64,000 nt of DNA from contig CAZEIK010000004.1 in NCBI GenBank assembly GCA_964512315.1, positions 8,198-72,197 on the forward strand, given 5' to 3'. The DNA is from an uncultured Candidatus Saccharibacteria bacterium (GTDB taxonomy: Bacteria > Patescibacteriota > Minisyncoccia > Phycocordibacterales > UBA5272). The notes beneath the pieces were generated by a model that was not told the origin of the DNA, did no database searches, and worked only from the letters and a program-made list of their open reading frames with translations. This document shows, in pieces, positions 22,126 through 31,440 of the stretch. The position numbers were made by a program, and so were the translations under genes. Every line of letters begins with the position of its first letter. The stretch's first letter is position 1.

Positions 22126-23235
22126 CTAATCTCTTTTAATTAATTTACCTGCCTTAATAGCATGATCAACTAGGGTGTGAGTGTAGCCCATCTCATTGTC
22201 ATACCAAGCCAAAACCTTGACCAGGTTACCATCTACCACACGAGTCATCTTCAAGTCTGCAATGGATGCATATATACTGCCTTGTATGTCAGAGCTCACC
22301 AGCTCCTCATCTGTCGCATCGAATATCATTTTCCATCTGTCAGTCTGCGCAGCTTTTCTCAATATGTCATTAACCTCCTCGACTGTTGTGTCACGCTTTG
22401 CGATAAATGTTATATCTGCGATTGACCCAGCAGGAACTGGGACACGTATTGATATGCCGTCGAACTTACCAGCTAGAGACGTGAAGGCTTTGGTTACTGC
22501 AATTGCTGCACCAGTTGAAGACGGCACAATATTCTGCCCTCCTGCACGACCTTCACGAAAATCTTTTTTATTTGGACCATCCACAATAGACTGACTAGCT
22601 GTGTAGGCATGAGTTGTCGAAAGTATAGCCTTTTCTATTCCTATCGCTTCGTCCAATATCGCAATAACTGGTGACGAGGCATTAGTTGTACAAGACGCAT
22701 TAGAAGATATATCACAAGCTTGTAATTTGTCTTCGTTAACCCCAAGGAGAACAGTCTCGCCATTTACTGTTGCATCATCGCCAGGCTTAGCAGGTGCAGA
22801 TATGACCACTCTATTTGCTCCAGAGTCCAAGTGAACCTTTGCCTTATCCCAAGAAGTAAACAGTCCAGTACTCTCAATAACAACATCTATGTCCATCTCT
22901 TTCCAAGGTAACAATGTTGGATCTTTTTGTTGTACAAATTTAATACGATGATCTATATCTGTTTTGATTATTATGTATTTCTCAGTCTCACTTTTTTCTT
23001 CTACTTCTACATCAAAATCACTAACACCATATACTGTGTCGTACTTTAATAAATAGGCCATATTGTGTATGTCACCTAGGTCGTTAACAGCTACAACTTC
23101 TAGCTCTTTTCTTTCTATTGCAACCTTTAGGAATGCACGACCAATACGACCGAATCCGTTAATAGCAACTCTAGTTCTCTTTTGCCCTGTGATTATCTCA
23201 CTAGTTGTAATTGCGTGTTTTAATTTACTCAACAT
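22126..23235 (-). CDS. gap: Glyceraldehyde-3-phosphate dehydrogenase, type I
   Basis: INGFGRIGR, SNASCTTN, SSTGAA, WYDNE. Confidence 0.97.
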   Translation of the reverse strand: MLSKLKHAITTSEIITGQKRTRVAINGFGRIGRAFLKVAIERKELEVVAVNDLGDIHNMAYLLKYDTVYGVSDFDVEVEEKSETEKYIIIKTDIDHRIKFVQQKDPTLLPWKEMDIDVVIESTGLFTSWDKAKVHLDSGANRVVISAPAKPGDDATVNGETVLLGVNEDKLQACDISSNASCTTNASSPVIAILDEAIGIEKAILSTTHAYTASQSIVDGPNKKDFREGRAGGQNIVPSSTGAAIAVTKAFTSLAGKFDGISIRVPVPAGSIADITFIAKRDTTVEEVNDILRKAAQTDRWKMIFDATDEELVSSDIQGSIYASIADLKMTRVVDGNLVKVLAWYDNEMGYTHTLVDHAIKAGKLIKRD

Positions 23236-23293
23236 AATAATTTGAGTATAACATCAAGATAAGCTTATTATCCTACAGAAGCCACAGAATTTG

Positions 23294-23367
23294 TGTCGAT
23301 GGGTGGGATCGAACCACCGGCCTGAGGCTTATGAGTCCTCCGCTCTAACCAACTGAGCTACATCGAC
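23294..23367 (-). tRNA. tRNA with CAT anticodon (tRNA-Ile2 or elongator Met); CCA not encoded
   Basis: GTCGATG-TA-GCTCAGTTGGTTAGAGC-G-GAGGA-CTCATAA-GCCTC-AGGCC-GGTGG-TTCGATC-CCACC-CATCGAC-A cloverleaf with paired 1:72. Confidence 0.92.
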
Positions 23368-23420
23368 GATGTTTAACAAAATAACATAAAACAGAAGAAA
23401 TTTCAATGCTTATTAAAACT

Positions 23421-24215
23421 CTACCTTACTATTACCTGACTTTCATAGAACCGAATATCGTCAAGTTGACCCGTAAAAGGTGAGCCGGATATTGAACCCA
23501 CCTTGAGAGTGTCGGAGTTTGTGTTACTTAAAAGAACTCCGTACGTAAATTGCTCTGCCACCCTAACACCGTCAAAATAAAAGGTGCCCAACCTTGTGCT
23601 AGAGTCAAAAGAAAAAACAACATGATGCCAATTAGTGTCAGTGACTACTACTGGAGAAGACCAGTCATAACCCCAGAAGCCAGCCATAAGATTATCGTAC
23701 CTAAACCCTAGAGCAAATTGCTGACCTCCTCCACCAGGTCCTTTTGAAACAAAGAAATTATTCACAGCCCCAAAATTACCAGTCCTTCTAAACCACAAAC
23801 TCACCGAAAAGCTTTTACCATCTAATTGAGGACTATTAACATTTTTACTTGCAACATAATTTGTTCCATCGAATAACAGTGAATACTGTGAAGATGATGA
23901 ATAAGTGTTCTGTGAGTAAGATACACCTGAAACAGGTATTGTTAGGTCGTTTTGAGGCACATTAGAGGTCTGATTAATACTTGTATCCTTAGCTAACAAC
24001 CCACCTCCTTCGTCAAAGTCATACTTAGTGGTTACGTCGTACCTCTTTTCCAAGTTAATAGCAAATTGTTTTAATTTCGTATCGTTAGCTCTAGCTAGAG
24101 CGTTTTTAAAAGAAGGTATTATTATTACCGACAATACACCTATGATTGCTATCACTACTATCAACTCTAGTAAAGTAAAACCCCGGACACGATATCTCAT
24201 GTTTTGAGTATACAT
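23421..24215 (-). CDS. Type IV pilin-like protein with C-terminal LamG/concanavalin-like domain
   Basis: G|FTLLE prepilin motif; LamG hallmarks FSVSLWF, WHHVVFSFD, YFDG, FTGQLDDIRFY. Confidence 0.88.
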   Translation of the reverse strand: MYTQNMRYRVRGFTLLELIVVIAIIGVLSVIIIPSFKNALARANDTKLKQFAINLEKRYDVTTKYDFDEGGGLLAKDTSINQTSNVPQNDLTIPVSGVSYSQNTYSSSSQYSLLFDGTNYVASKNVNSPQLDGKSFSVSLWFRRTGNFGAVNNFFVSKGPGGGGQQFALGFRYDNLMAGFWGYDWSSPVVVTDTNWHHVVFSFDSSTRLGTFYFDGVRVAEQFTYGVLLSNTNSDTLKVGSISGSPFTGQLDDIRFYESQVIVR

Positions 24216-24243
24216 ATATATATGTATATTGAAAGTGAATAAC

Positions 24244-24277
24244 AGAAAAAGCAGTCGTTTTCGCGACTGCTTTTTCT
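24244..24277. terminator. Intrinsic terminator downstream of tRNA-fMet
   Basis: AGAAAAAGCAGTCG-TTTTCG-CGACTGCTTTTTCT inverted repeat. Confidence 0.8.
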
Positions 24278-24284
24278 ATACTTG

Positions 24285-24355
24285 TTGCGGGAGGACGAAT
24301 CGAACGTCCGCCTGGAGGTTATGAGCCTCCCGAGCTACCTCTACTCAATCCCGCT
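24285..24355 (-). tRNA. Initiator tRNA-fMet (CAT); CCA not encoded
   Basis: AGCGGGA-TT-GAGTAGAGGTAGCTC-G-GGAGG-CTCATAA-CCTCC-AGGC-GGACG-TTCGATT-CGTCC-TCCCGCA-A; unpaired 1:72 and A11:U24 are initiator hallmarks. Confidence 0.88.
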
Positions 24356-24383
24356 ATATCTATGTTTTTACAATAACATAGAT

Positions 24384-25772
24384 TTAAATAATTTTCAACT
24401 CTTTGAACACAGCTTCGTATTCTGCAAAGGCGCGCCTTGCGTCTCTTTGTGTTAAAGTAAACTTCATACCCTCATGAGCTATTCTGTTGCGCAGCTTGTG
24501 TGCGTCCCAAGCCAAATCAATAGATCGGAAATTAGCCTCTTTTAACATCTCACCCAGATCCTCACCCGGATAACCAGCTACTCTCAATGTATCGTGTAAT
24601 AGGTTGTCAGCCTCAAGTATTCCTATTCTCCATAATGTTTCGTGGTCAGCAGCCATATAATCCTCAATCATAGCCCAACGTGGATGTTTAACATATTCAA
24701 CCTCTTTTGGTGGTTGCACCTCATGAGCAACAACATGCGGATTGTGAGCATGAACCACCTCACTACTGTGGTCTTCATGGTCAGCTTTATGTTCGTCATG
24801 ATTATGCCCCTTATCAAATATGCCCTTGTATCCGATGGCGTCGTGGAATAAGTGCTCATAATGCTCTACTGCGTGCCTCATTCTCATGAACCATAAGTAA
24901 AAAATAAAAATAGTGATAGGTAACATAAATAAGCTGAGTAGAGTTAATATGTCAGAAAGAAAAGATAGGAAATGATTCTGTATCGAAAGGGTTAACCCGC
25001 CATCCCCAGAGCCAGCAACAGAATGTAGCACATCATTTACATTAGCAGAGTTATGGCTATCGGTAGGATATGGATCAATATTGTCATACATACCATCACC
25101 ATCAGTATCTCTATTGTTCGGGTCTGTGCCTATTAACTTTTCATAGTGATCACCAACACCGTCCCCATCAGTATCTACATCGTCGTAAGAATAAGTTCTA
25201 TATGGGTCAAGTGGGTACGCATCACGCCCATCCAATGTACCATCACCATCAGTGTCTCTATTAAGCGGGTCGGTACCTCTGAATAACTCATCACCATCAA
25301 GTATTCCGTCATGATCTGTATCTGGATTATTAGGATCCATATTCTTAGAGCTCTCAACACTGTCAGGTACGCCGTCACCATCAAAGTCTCTGGGTGACAT
25401 ACCTATCCACATTCTTAAGTGATCGGTCCAGGCTAGGTCGTTACCATATATTTCTTTTATTTGCTCAGTTGTTAGATTGTGAGCATCAAAAGTCTTTGGG
25501 TCTCTTATATCTGGTATACCATCACCGTCGGTGTCTTTGCTGGTATTGAATCCAATATTATCCAAGAAGTTTAAATTAGAAATTGGTTCTGTACTACTTG
25601 AGTTACTATTAAGCCAACCCCTCTCACGTAATCCGTCCCACTCTGGATCGGCAACACTGTTCAGATACTCCTCAGGAGACATTCTGCGAATCCAAAAATA
25701 CCAAGCGTATCTGAGCCATAAGAGTCCATCATAAACTCGGTTAAACAAATAATCTAAACTGAAAGAATACAC
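24384..25772 (-). CDS. Membrane protein with thrombospondin-type-3-like DxDxDG repeats and a C-terminal RxxxxH (HEPN-like) domain
   Basis: Six DxDxDG(x)2D units (DTDGDGIPD, DFDGDGVPD, DTDHDGILD, DTDGDGTLD, DTDGDGVGD, DTDGDGMYD), TM helix, His-rich linker, AWDAHKLRNRIAHEG. Confidence 0.8.
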   Translation of the reverse strand: MYSFSLDYLFNRVYDGLLWLRYAWYFWIRRMSPEEYLNSVADPEWDGLRERGWLNSNSSSTEPISNLNFLDNIGFNTSKDTDGDGIPDIRDPKTFDAHNLTTEQIKEIYGNDLAWTDHLRMWIGMSPRDFDGDGVPDSVESSKNMDPNNPDTDHDGILDGDELFRGTDPLNRDTDGDGTLDGRDAYPLDPYRTYSYDDVDTDGDGVGDHYEKLIGTDPNNRDTDGDGMYDNIDPYPTDSHNSANVNDVLHSVAGSGDGGLTLSIQNHFLSFLSDILTLLSLFMLPITIFIFYLWFMRMRHAVEHYEHLFHDAIGYKGIFDKGHNHDEHKADHEDHSSEVVHAHNPHVVAHEVQPPKEVEYVKHPRWAMIEDYMAADHETLWRIGILEADNLLHDTLRVAGYPGEDLGEMLKEANFRSIDLAWDAHKLRNRIAHEGMKFTLTQRDARRAFAEYEAVFKELKII

Positions 25773-25779
25773 TAGTTAA

Positions 25780-27171
25780 TTATAAACCCTCTATATCGCT
25801 TGCGATAGTGAATAAGTGGTCTTCTTGACCCCATGACGCAAGAGCCTGGACACCAAAAGGTAACCCTTCTTTACTTCTACCAGTTGGAAACGATATTCCC
25901 GGCACTCCAACAATGTTAGCAGGAACAGTAAATATGTCAGCTAAATACATAGAAAGAGGGTCGTGCTTGTCGCCGAACTTCCAAGGAAGAACTGGGGAGG
26001 TCGGTGTTAGTATTATGTCTATATCCTTGAAAGCTTTTTCAAATTCTTGCTTTAAAAGATTACGAACTGATACAGCTTTGTAATAATAAGCATCATAGTA
26101 TCCACTAGAGAGTACATACGCACCAAGTAATGATCTACGTAACGGCTCCTCACCTAGTCCCGCTCCACGGCTTTGCATCATGCTCGCCGCTGGCGTGTCA
26201 GCGCTCACATGCTTACCATATCTAACACCTTCGAATCTAGCCAAATTACTACTAACTTCTGCTGGCATCAATATGTAATATACAGCTAACGCCTTTTCTA
26301 TATTCTTAATATCAACTGGCACTATCTCGTAACCTGCGGACTTTAAGAAGTCTATAGTTTTATTAAAATTCTCTTTTACTTCTGCATCGACACCGTCTTG
26401 ATTGACAAACATTTGAGGTACACCAACCTTTTTTCTAAAAGCCTTCTTCTCTATCTCATTAATCGTGGTCGCATCCTTAACGTCCTTGCCTGATATTGTT
26501 TGGAATATTATCTTCGCATCTTCTACAGAGTTAGTGAATGAGCCTATGACATCCAAAGATGATCCCATAGCTATAAGACCATAACGACTAACTGATCCAT
26601 ATGTTGGTTTTAGCCCTACCGTACCAGTAAAGCTCGCTGGCTGCCTAATACTGCCTCCAGTGTCAGATCCTAGTGACACAGGCACTCCACCATACGCAAC
26701 AACAGCAGCTGAGCCTCCAGAAGACCCACCCGGAACCCTAGTCATGTCTATTGGGTTAAGAGTTTTCTTATACGCACTATTCTCAGTTGAACTACCCATA
26801 GCGAACTCATCCATGTTGGCACGCCCAACTATGACTGCACCAGCTTCACGTAACTTTCTTACAACAGTCGCATCATATGTAGCTGTGTAATTCTCTAACA
26901 TCTTGCTGCCTGCACTAGCAATGTGCCCTTTTACACAAATATTATCTTTAAGAACTATAGGAACACCTGTCATGTCTACATTCTTACCTGATTGCCACAT
27001 AGCCTCTGCAATAGCAACTTGTGCCTCTATGTCAGCATCAGAATATAACTCCAACAATGCACCAACTTGCTGATCTTTTTCTTTTATTATATTTACAAAG
27101 TCAAAAACTGTTTTAGAAACTCCGTCCTGCTTAATCTTATCTTTTATATTTAAAATTGTTGAAGCTTTCAT
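25780..27171 (-). CDS. gatA: Asp/Glu-tRNA amidotransferase subunit A
   Basis: KDNI, NMDEFAMGSSTE, PGGSSGGSAA, GSDTGGSIRQPA, SSNLARF. Confidence 0.97.
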   Translation of the reverse strand: MKASTILNIKDKIKQDGVSKTVFDFVNIIKEKDQQVGALLELYSDADIEAQVAIAEAMWQSGKNVDMTGVPIVLKDNICVKGHIASAGSKMLENYTATYDATVVRKLREAGAVIVGRANMDEFAMGSSTENSAYKKTLNPIDMTRVPGGSSGGSAAVVAYGGVPVSLGSDTGGSIRQPASFTGTVGLKPTYGSVSRYGLIAMGSSLDVIGSFTNSVEDAKIIFQTISGKDVKDATTINEIEKKAFRKKVGVPQMFVNQDGVDAEVKENFNKTIDFLKSAGYEIVPVDIKNIEKALAVYYILMPAEVSSNLARFEGVRYGKHVSADTPAASMMQSRGAGLGEEPLRRSLLGAYVLSSGYYDAYYYKAVSVRNLLKQEFEKAFKDIDIILTPTSPVLPWKFGDKHDPLSMYLADIFTVPANIVGVPGISFPTGRSKEGLPFGVQALASWGQEDHLFTIASDIEGL

Positions 27172-27175
27172 AAAT

Positions 27176-27466
27176 TTACTGCTTGATTACTTGAGACACT
27201 TTGTAATAACCATTTTGAGACTCTGGCGCATTCTTTAAAGCCATCTCTCTGTGACCAGCGTCTTCTAGCACAATGTCCCCTTTATAAACATCGTGCGGAG
27301 TACCATCATTAACCTGTCCAACTTCTACAGAAGACGTGTCAACTGACTGCACCTCTTTTATATAATTTAAAATATCGCCGATTTGTTTAGCGTAAAGCTC
27401 GCGCTTGCTATCATCAATTTTTACTTTAGCTAGTCCTTCTAAATAATTTATTACCTCTGTATCCAT
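27176..27466 (-). CDS. gatC: Asp/Glu-tRNA amidotransferase subunit C
   Basis: 96 aa directly upstream of gatA; LAKV, ILNYI..V, LKNAP...GYYKV pattern. Confidence 0.88.
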   Translation of the reverse strand: MDTEVINYLEGLAKVKIDDSKRELYAKQIGDILNYIKEVQSVDTSSVEVGQVNDGTPHDVYKGDIVLEDAGHREMALKNAPESQNGYYKVSQVIKQ

Positions 27467-27473
27467 CTGATGA

Positions 27474-29456
27474 TTATAACATTTTTTGATAATCCTCGAA
27501 ATTGATTACTTTCACGCCCAGCCTGGTCGCGTCATCTAATTTACTGCCAGGGTCCTGTCCACACAAAAGATATGAAGTTTTGCCACTAACACTACTAGAT
27601 ACTTTTCCTCCATGTGACTCGATTTCATTTTTAATAATGTCTCTAGATATCTCAAAAGACCCAGTAATAACAAATGTTTTACCCTCTAGCGCTTGTGAAA
27701 TATTTATATTTTTGACTTTATTTACTTTTATATATGAGAGCAGGTCATCTACAAGCTTCTTACTTTTAGCGTTATTAAAAAATGCCACCAGGCTCTTAGC
27801 AGACTCTTCACCTATATTTGGAGTTTGTAATAATTGTTCTAAGGAAGCATCTCTTAAAGCTGTAAAGCTTTTAAAATACTTCGCTAACTCTTTTGCTGTC
27901 GTTTCTCCTATGTGACGAATACCTAACGAGTATATAAAATTATCCAACTCCACAACCTTGCTGCCCTGTATTGAGTTGATTATGTTCTCAGCGCTCTTCT
28001 TGCCGTAACCGAATAGTCCCTCTATGTCGCTCACTTTTAATTCATATATACTAGCTGCATCTGTTATAAGGCCAAGCTCTGCGAACTCATATATTATCTT
28101 CTCTCCTAGTCCTTCTATATTCATTCCTTTCTTAGAGACAAAATGCACAAGTGACTCGAGATGCTTAGCATTACAATCTGGATTCAAACAATATAGAGCA
28201 ACTGATCCATCTAACTTTTGCAACTTAGAATTACATGTCGGACAATTTGTTGGCATCTCAAATGCGTGTGACCCTTTAGGTCTCAAACTTAAGACAACCT
28301 CTAACACCTCCGGTATAATGTCTCCTGCTTTTTGTAGTATTACAGTATCACCAACACGTACATCTAGTCTTTGTATCTCGTCAGGATTATGCAATGTAGC
28401 ACGCGAGACAGTGCTGCCCGCAATTAGAACTGGCGAAAGATTGGCAACCGGAGTGATAGCGCCAGTGCGCCCGACTTGGCAGACAATACTCTCGATAACA
28501 CTTGTTGCTTGTTCAGCGGGGAACTTATAAGCAATACCAGCACGAGGACTCTTGGCTGTGTAGCCAAGTGACTCAAAAATCTCTCTCTCGTTAACTTTTA
28601 CAACCATACCATCAACACCAAATTCAAAGTTGCCCCTAATCTCTTTCCAAGTGTCGTAAATATCTTGAACCTCTTTTATACCTCTGGCATATTTAGATTC
28701 CGAGTTCACCATGAACCCTAAATCTTTGAGAAGCTCTAACTCTTCTATTTGTGTTGGTGGCAAGTCCAAGCTATACATATCAATATCATATGCAAAATAA
28801 TGCAGCTTTCTAGACGATGCAGCACTGGAGTCTAGCTGTCTCAATGTTCCTGCTGCCAAGTTACGTGGATTAGCGTACTTCTCCTCTCCTTCTTTTAATT
28901 TTTGGTTGAACTTCTCAAAATCAGACTTTTTAATAAAACATTCACCTATTACTATTATGTCTACACTTTTGTTTAACTTGAGCGGTACTGACTTTATAGT
29001 TCTAACATTATGAGTCACATCTTCACCAACCTCCCCGTCACCACGAGTAGCAGCTTGGACCAATTCTCCACTCTTATAAGTCAGAACTAATTTTAGTCCG
29101 TCAATCTTAAACTCACAAACATAACTTGGCTTTATGCTAATATTAGACTTATTTAAAATGGTTAAGTTCCTTTCTTCCCAATTTGAAAGCTCCTCAAAGT
29201 TAAATACATTATCGAAACTCCATTGTCTGGTTGCGTGTTTAACTTTTTTAAAGCTATCAATTACTTCTCCGCCAACCCTCTGAGATGGAGAATTCTTGTC
29301 ATACATACTTGGATACTTAGCTTCAAGAGAGACTAGTTCAGTCATCATGGTGTCATAAGCCTCATCACTAATAGTTGGCCTATCCAGAACATGATAAGCA
29401 TATCTATGTTTCTCCAGTTCGTCTCTTAACTTAAGCAATCTCTCTTGTTCAGTCAT
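27474..29456 (-). CDS. ligA: NAD-dependent DNA ligase
   Basis: EFKIDG, TRGDG.VGEDVT, NPRN.AAG, Zn finger, C-terminal BRCT (FVITG...SVSGKT). Confidence 0.97.
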   Translation of the reverse strand: MTEQERLLKLRDELEKHRYAYHVLDRPTISDEAYDTMMTELVSLEAKYPSMYDKNSPSQRVGGEVIDSFKKVKHATRQWSFDNVFNFEELSNWEERNLTILNKSNISIKPSYVCEFKIDGLKLVLTYKSGELVQAATRGDGEVGEDVTHNVRTIKSVPLKLNKSVDIIVIGECFIKKSDFEKFNQKLKEGEEKYANPRNLAAGTLRQLDSSAASSRKLHYFAYDIDMYSLDLPPTQIEELELLKDLGFMVNSESKYARGIKEVQDIYDTWKEIRGNFEFGVDGMVVKVNEREIFESLGYTAKSPRAGIAYKFPAEQATSVIESIVCQVGRTGAITPVANLSPVLIAGSTVSRATLHNPDEIQRLDVRVGDTVILQKAGDIIPEVLEVVLSLRPKGSHAFEMPTNCPTCNSKLQKLDGSVALYCLNPDCNAKHLESLVHFVSKKGMNIEGLGEKIIYEFAELGLITDAASIYELKVSDIEGLFGYGKKSAENIINSIQGSKVVELDNFIYSLGIRHIGETTAKELAKYFKSFTALRDASLEQLLQTPNIGEESAKSLVAFFNNAKSKKLVDDLLSYIKVNKVKNINISQALEGKTFVITGSFEISRDIIKNEIESHGGKVSSSVSGKTSYLLCGQDPGSKLDDATRLGVKVINFEDYQKML

Positions 29457-29475
29457 TTGCCTACATTATAACAAA

Positions 29476-30102
29476 TTAATTGTATCTTTTGACCACTACA
29501 CGCTCAACCCTAGAAGTAGAGTCGCAAGGAACTTTGCCGCGACCAATAATGAGTACCGCACCAGTAGAAGTTGTGTGCATTTCTATCTCAGCGCAAGCAA
29601 ATCTTGGAAAGTCAGCCCTCTTTATGCTAACCAACACTTTTGCACCCCCAGAATATGTAGCTATATTAGACGCGGATATTGTTGTAGTTGATTGATAATC
29701 AGCAGTTGAGGCAGTACTAGTTCCTGGTGCAGAAGATAAAGCTGTGAACGATAATGGAAATAGTGGCACATCAAAGCAACCAACAGTAGTCGGATCTACA
29801 TAAGGAAAATTACCAGTATTAGAATCAAAATGCGTAGAGATAAATGACGTGATTACTGGGAAAATACTTCGATTAATATCAGGATTTGGGCTATTTTTAA
29901 AATTTTTAAACACTGATTCCGCACACATCATAGATGAGTCAGCAAGTGAGGCTGCTACTCTTGTGTCATAGCTGATATTGCTCTCTCTTAGGTCTCTTAA
30001 CATTATTATAGTAATAGCAATAGTAAGGGTCAGTAAGACCGCCACCACTATCATAGCTATACCTAATACGAAACCTCTATTTTTATTTCTATTGATATAC
30101 AT
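29476..30102 (-). CDS. Minor pilin, PilX/GspK-like
   Basis: RG|FVLGI prepilin site lacking Glu5; last gene of the minor pilin run. Confidence 0.72.
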   Translation of the reverse strand: MYINRNKNRGFVLGIAMIVVAVLLTLTIAITIIMLRDLRESNISYDTRVAASLADSSMMCAESVFKNFKNSPNPDINRSIFPVITSFISTHFDSNTGNFPYVDPTTVGCFDVPLFPLSFTALSSAPGTSTASTADYQSTTTISASNIATYSGGAKVLVSIKRADFPRFACAEIEMHTTSTGAVLIIGRGKVPCDSTSRVERVVVKRYN

Positions 30103-30697
30103 AAGATGTTACTTGCATTTTATCATTACATATTCCTCTGTCATAACAAACAGTCGATATAACTTTCACTCCTGTATACCACTGATTATTGCTAGACCTG
30201 TCTTTCCATCTATCAACTCTCTGCATAGATATGTATCTTGAGAATCTTGTGCTTGTAGCAGTTGAGTTACAGACAAATTCTCCACTACTGTTGTTATACA
30301 AAATAGTGCACGATGGATTGTCTGTGTATGTAGCAAGTGTAGGAATAAAAGATGTCTTATCGAATCTGCAATAATTAGCACCAGCGTCTACACAATAAGA
30401 CATTTTATTTAGAAACATCGGAAAAGAAGTGGTAGCAGCCGAAGGTCCGAGTGCACACTCGTCAACGCCTGGATTAGTAGTACAATATGTCTCTAGAGAC
30501 TTTCTAAAAAAGATCACCAGCTCCACACCCTCATTAGCTAGATACGTAGCTTGGGCTCTAGTACTAGCAAGCCTAGAAACTTTTTCTATCTGATAAGTAA
30601 GAGCAAGAGGCGCAATTATTACTATCATAAGTATAGTAATAGCAACCATTGCTTCTACTAGAATAAAACCTTGATTTTGTTTTTTAATTTTAAACAT
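30089..30697 (-). CDS. Minor pilin, PilV-like
   Basis: QG|FILVEAMVA; A..LA.EG.E motif. Confidence 0.8.
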   Translation of the reverse strand: MFKIKKQNQGFILVEAMVAITILMIVIIAPLALTYQIEKVSRLASTRAQATYLANEGVELVIFFRKSLETYCTTNPGVDECALGPSAATTSFPMFLNKMSYCVDAGANYCRFDKTSFIPTLATYTDNPSCTILYNNSSGEFVCNSTATSTRFSRYISMQRVDRWKDRSSNNQWYTGVKVISTVCYDRGICNDKMQVTSYVYQ

Positions 30698-30698
30698 A

Positions 30699-31436
30699 CT
30701 AATTTTCTGGCTCTCTTTGTGTTATGGTTGTCTGTACAGAAAAAGGAACTATAGGTCTCGTGTTAGTCTCACCTTCTATAACTATCTGAATAAATGCTTG
30801 ACCTATGTTAGAAGAATCATCCACGTATGAGCCAGTGTTAGTAGCTGTCACTAAAAACTTTTTTACTTTTATGCTGGATGGTAATATTGTCTCATTTCTT
30901 GAATTAGAAAAATACCCTTCATTATTATAATCAATACTTCCGTTAAACCCTCCACGATTAAAAAATGTCATGTTAACATTATCTGATCCGTCAACATTAA
31001 CTAGCCCAGAGTATCTTCTTATTGTTCCATCTTGCAAGACATACCCTGCACGCCTAACTGGATTAGTGTATGTTGGGTCAGTGGTAGAGGCGTAATAAGC
31101 ACTGTACTCAGATGGAGTAAATGCTATGCCGTACTGACCCAAATCACAGTCACGAGCTTTGTTCAAGTTGGTTGGAACTGGGGAAGAAATTATAAACTCA
31201 TTTGATGGTAAACATCTATACTTAGTTCCTTGAGATATTTCACGCACCATATCGTCCAATACAAGATTAACTGCTTCATATACATTTCTACTAGCTGCCA
31301 ACCTGTCATTAGTTGCATTGGCTCCAAAAATTATAGTAGTTACAAGAAGAGCTACAAACGAGAACACGCTCACCGCTATCAACAACTCTGTCAAAGTAAA
31401 ACCTTTTATTTTCAATTTTAAAGTAAATAACTTCAT
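30699..31436 (-). CDS. Minor pilin, PilW-like
   Basis: KG|FTLTELLIA; C-terminal QTTITQR. Confidence 0.8.
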   Translation of the reverse strand: MKLFTLKLKIKGFTLTELLIAVSVFSFVALLVTTIIFGANATNDRLAASRNVYEAVNLVLDDMVREISQGTKYRCLPSNEFIISSPVPTNLNKARDCDLGQYGIAFTPSEYSAYYASTTDPTYTNPVRRAGYVLQDGTIRRYSGLVNVDGSDNVNMTFFNRGGFNGSIDYNNEGYFSNSRNETILPSSIKVKKFLVTATNTGSYVDDSSNIGQAFIQIVIEGETNTRPIVPFSVQTTITQREPEN

Positions 31437-31440
31437 GTTA

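Noticed and set aside
25060-25540. Repeated DNA units resembling an array
   Set aside because: In-frame DxDxDG protein repeats with synonymous variation, not CRISPR repeats; no cas genes.
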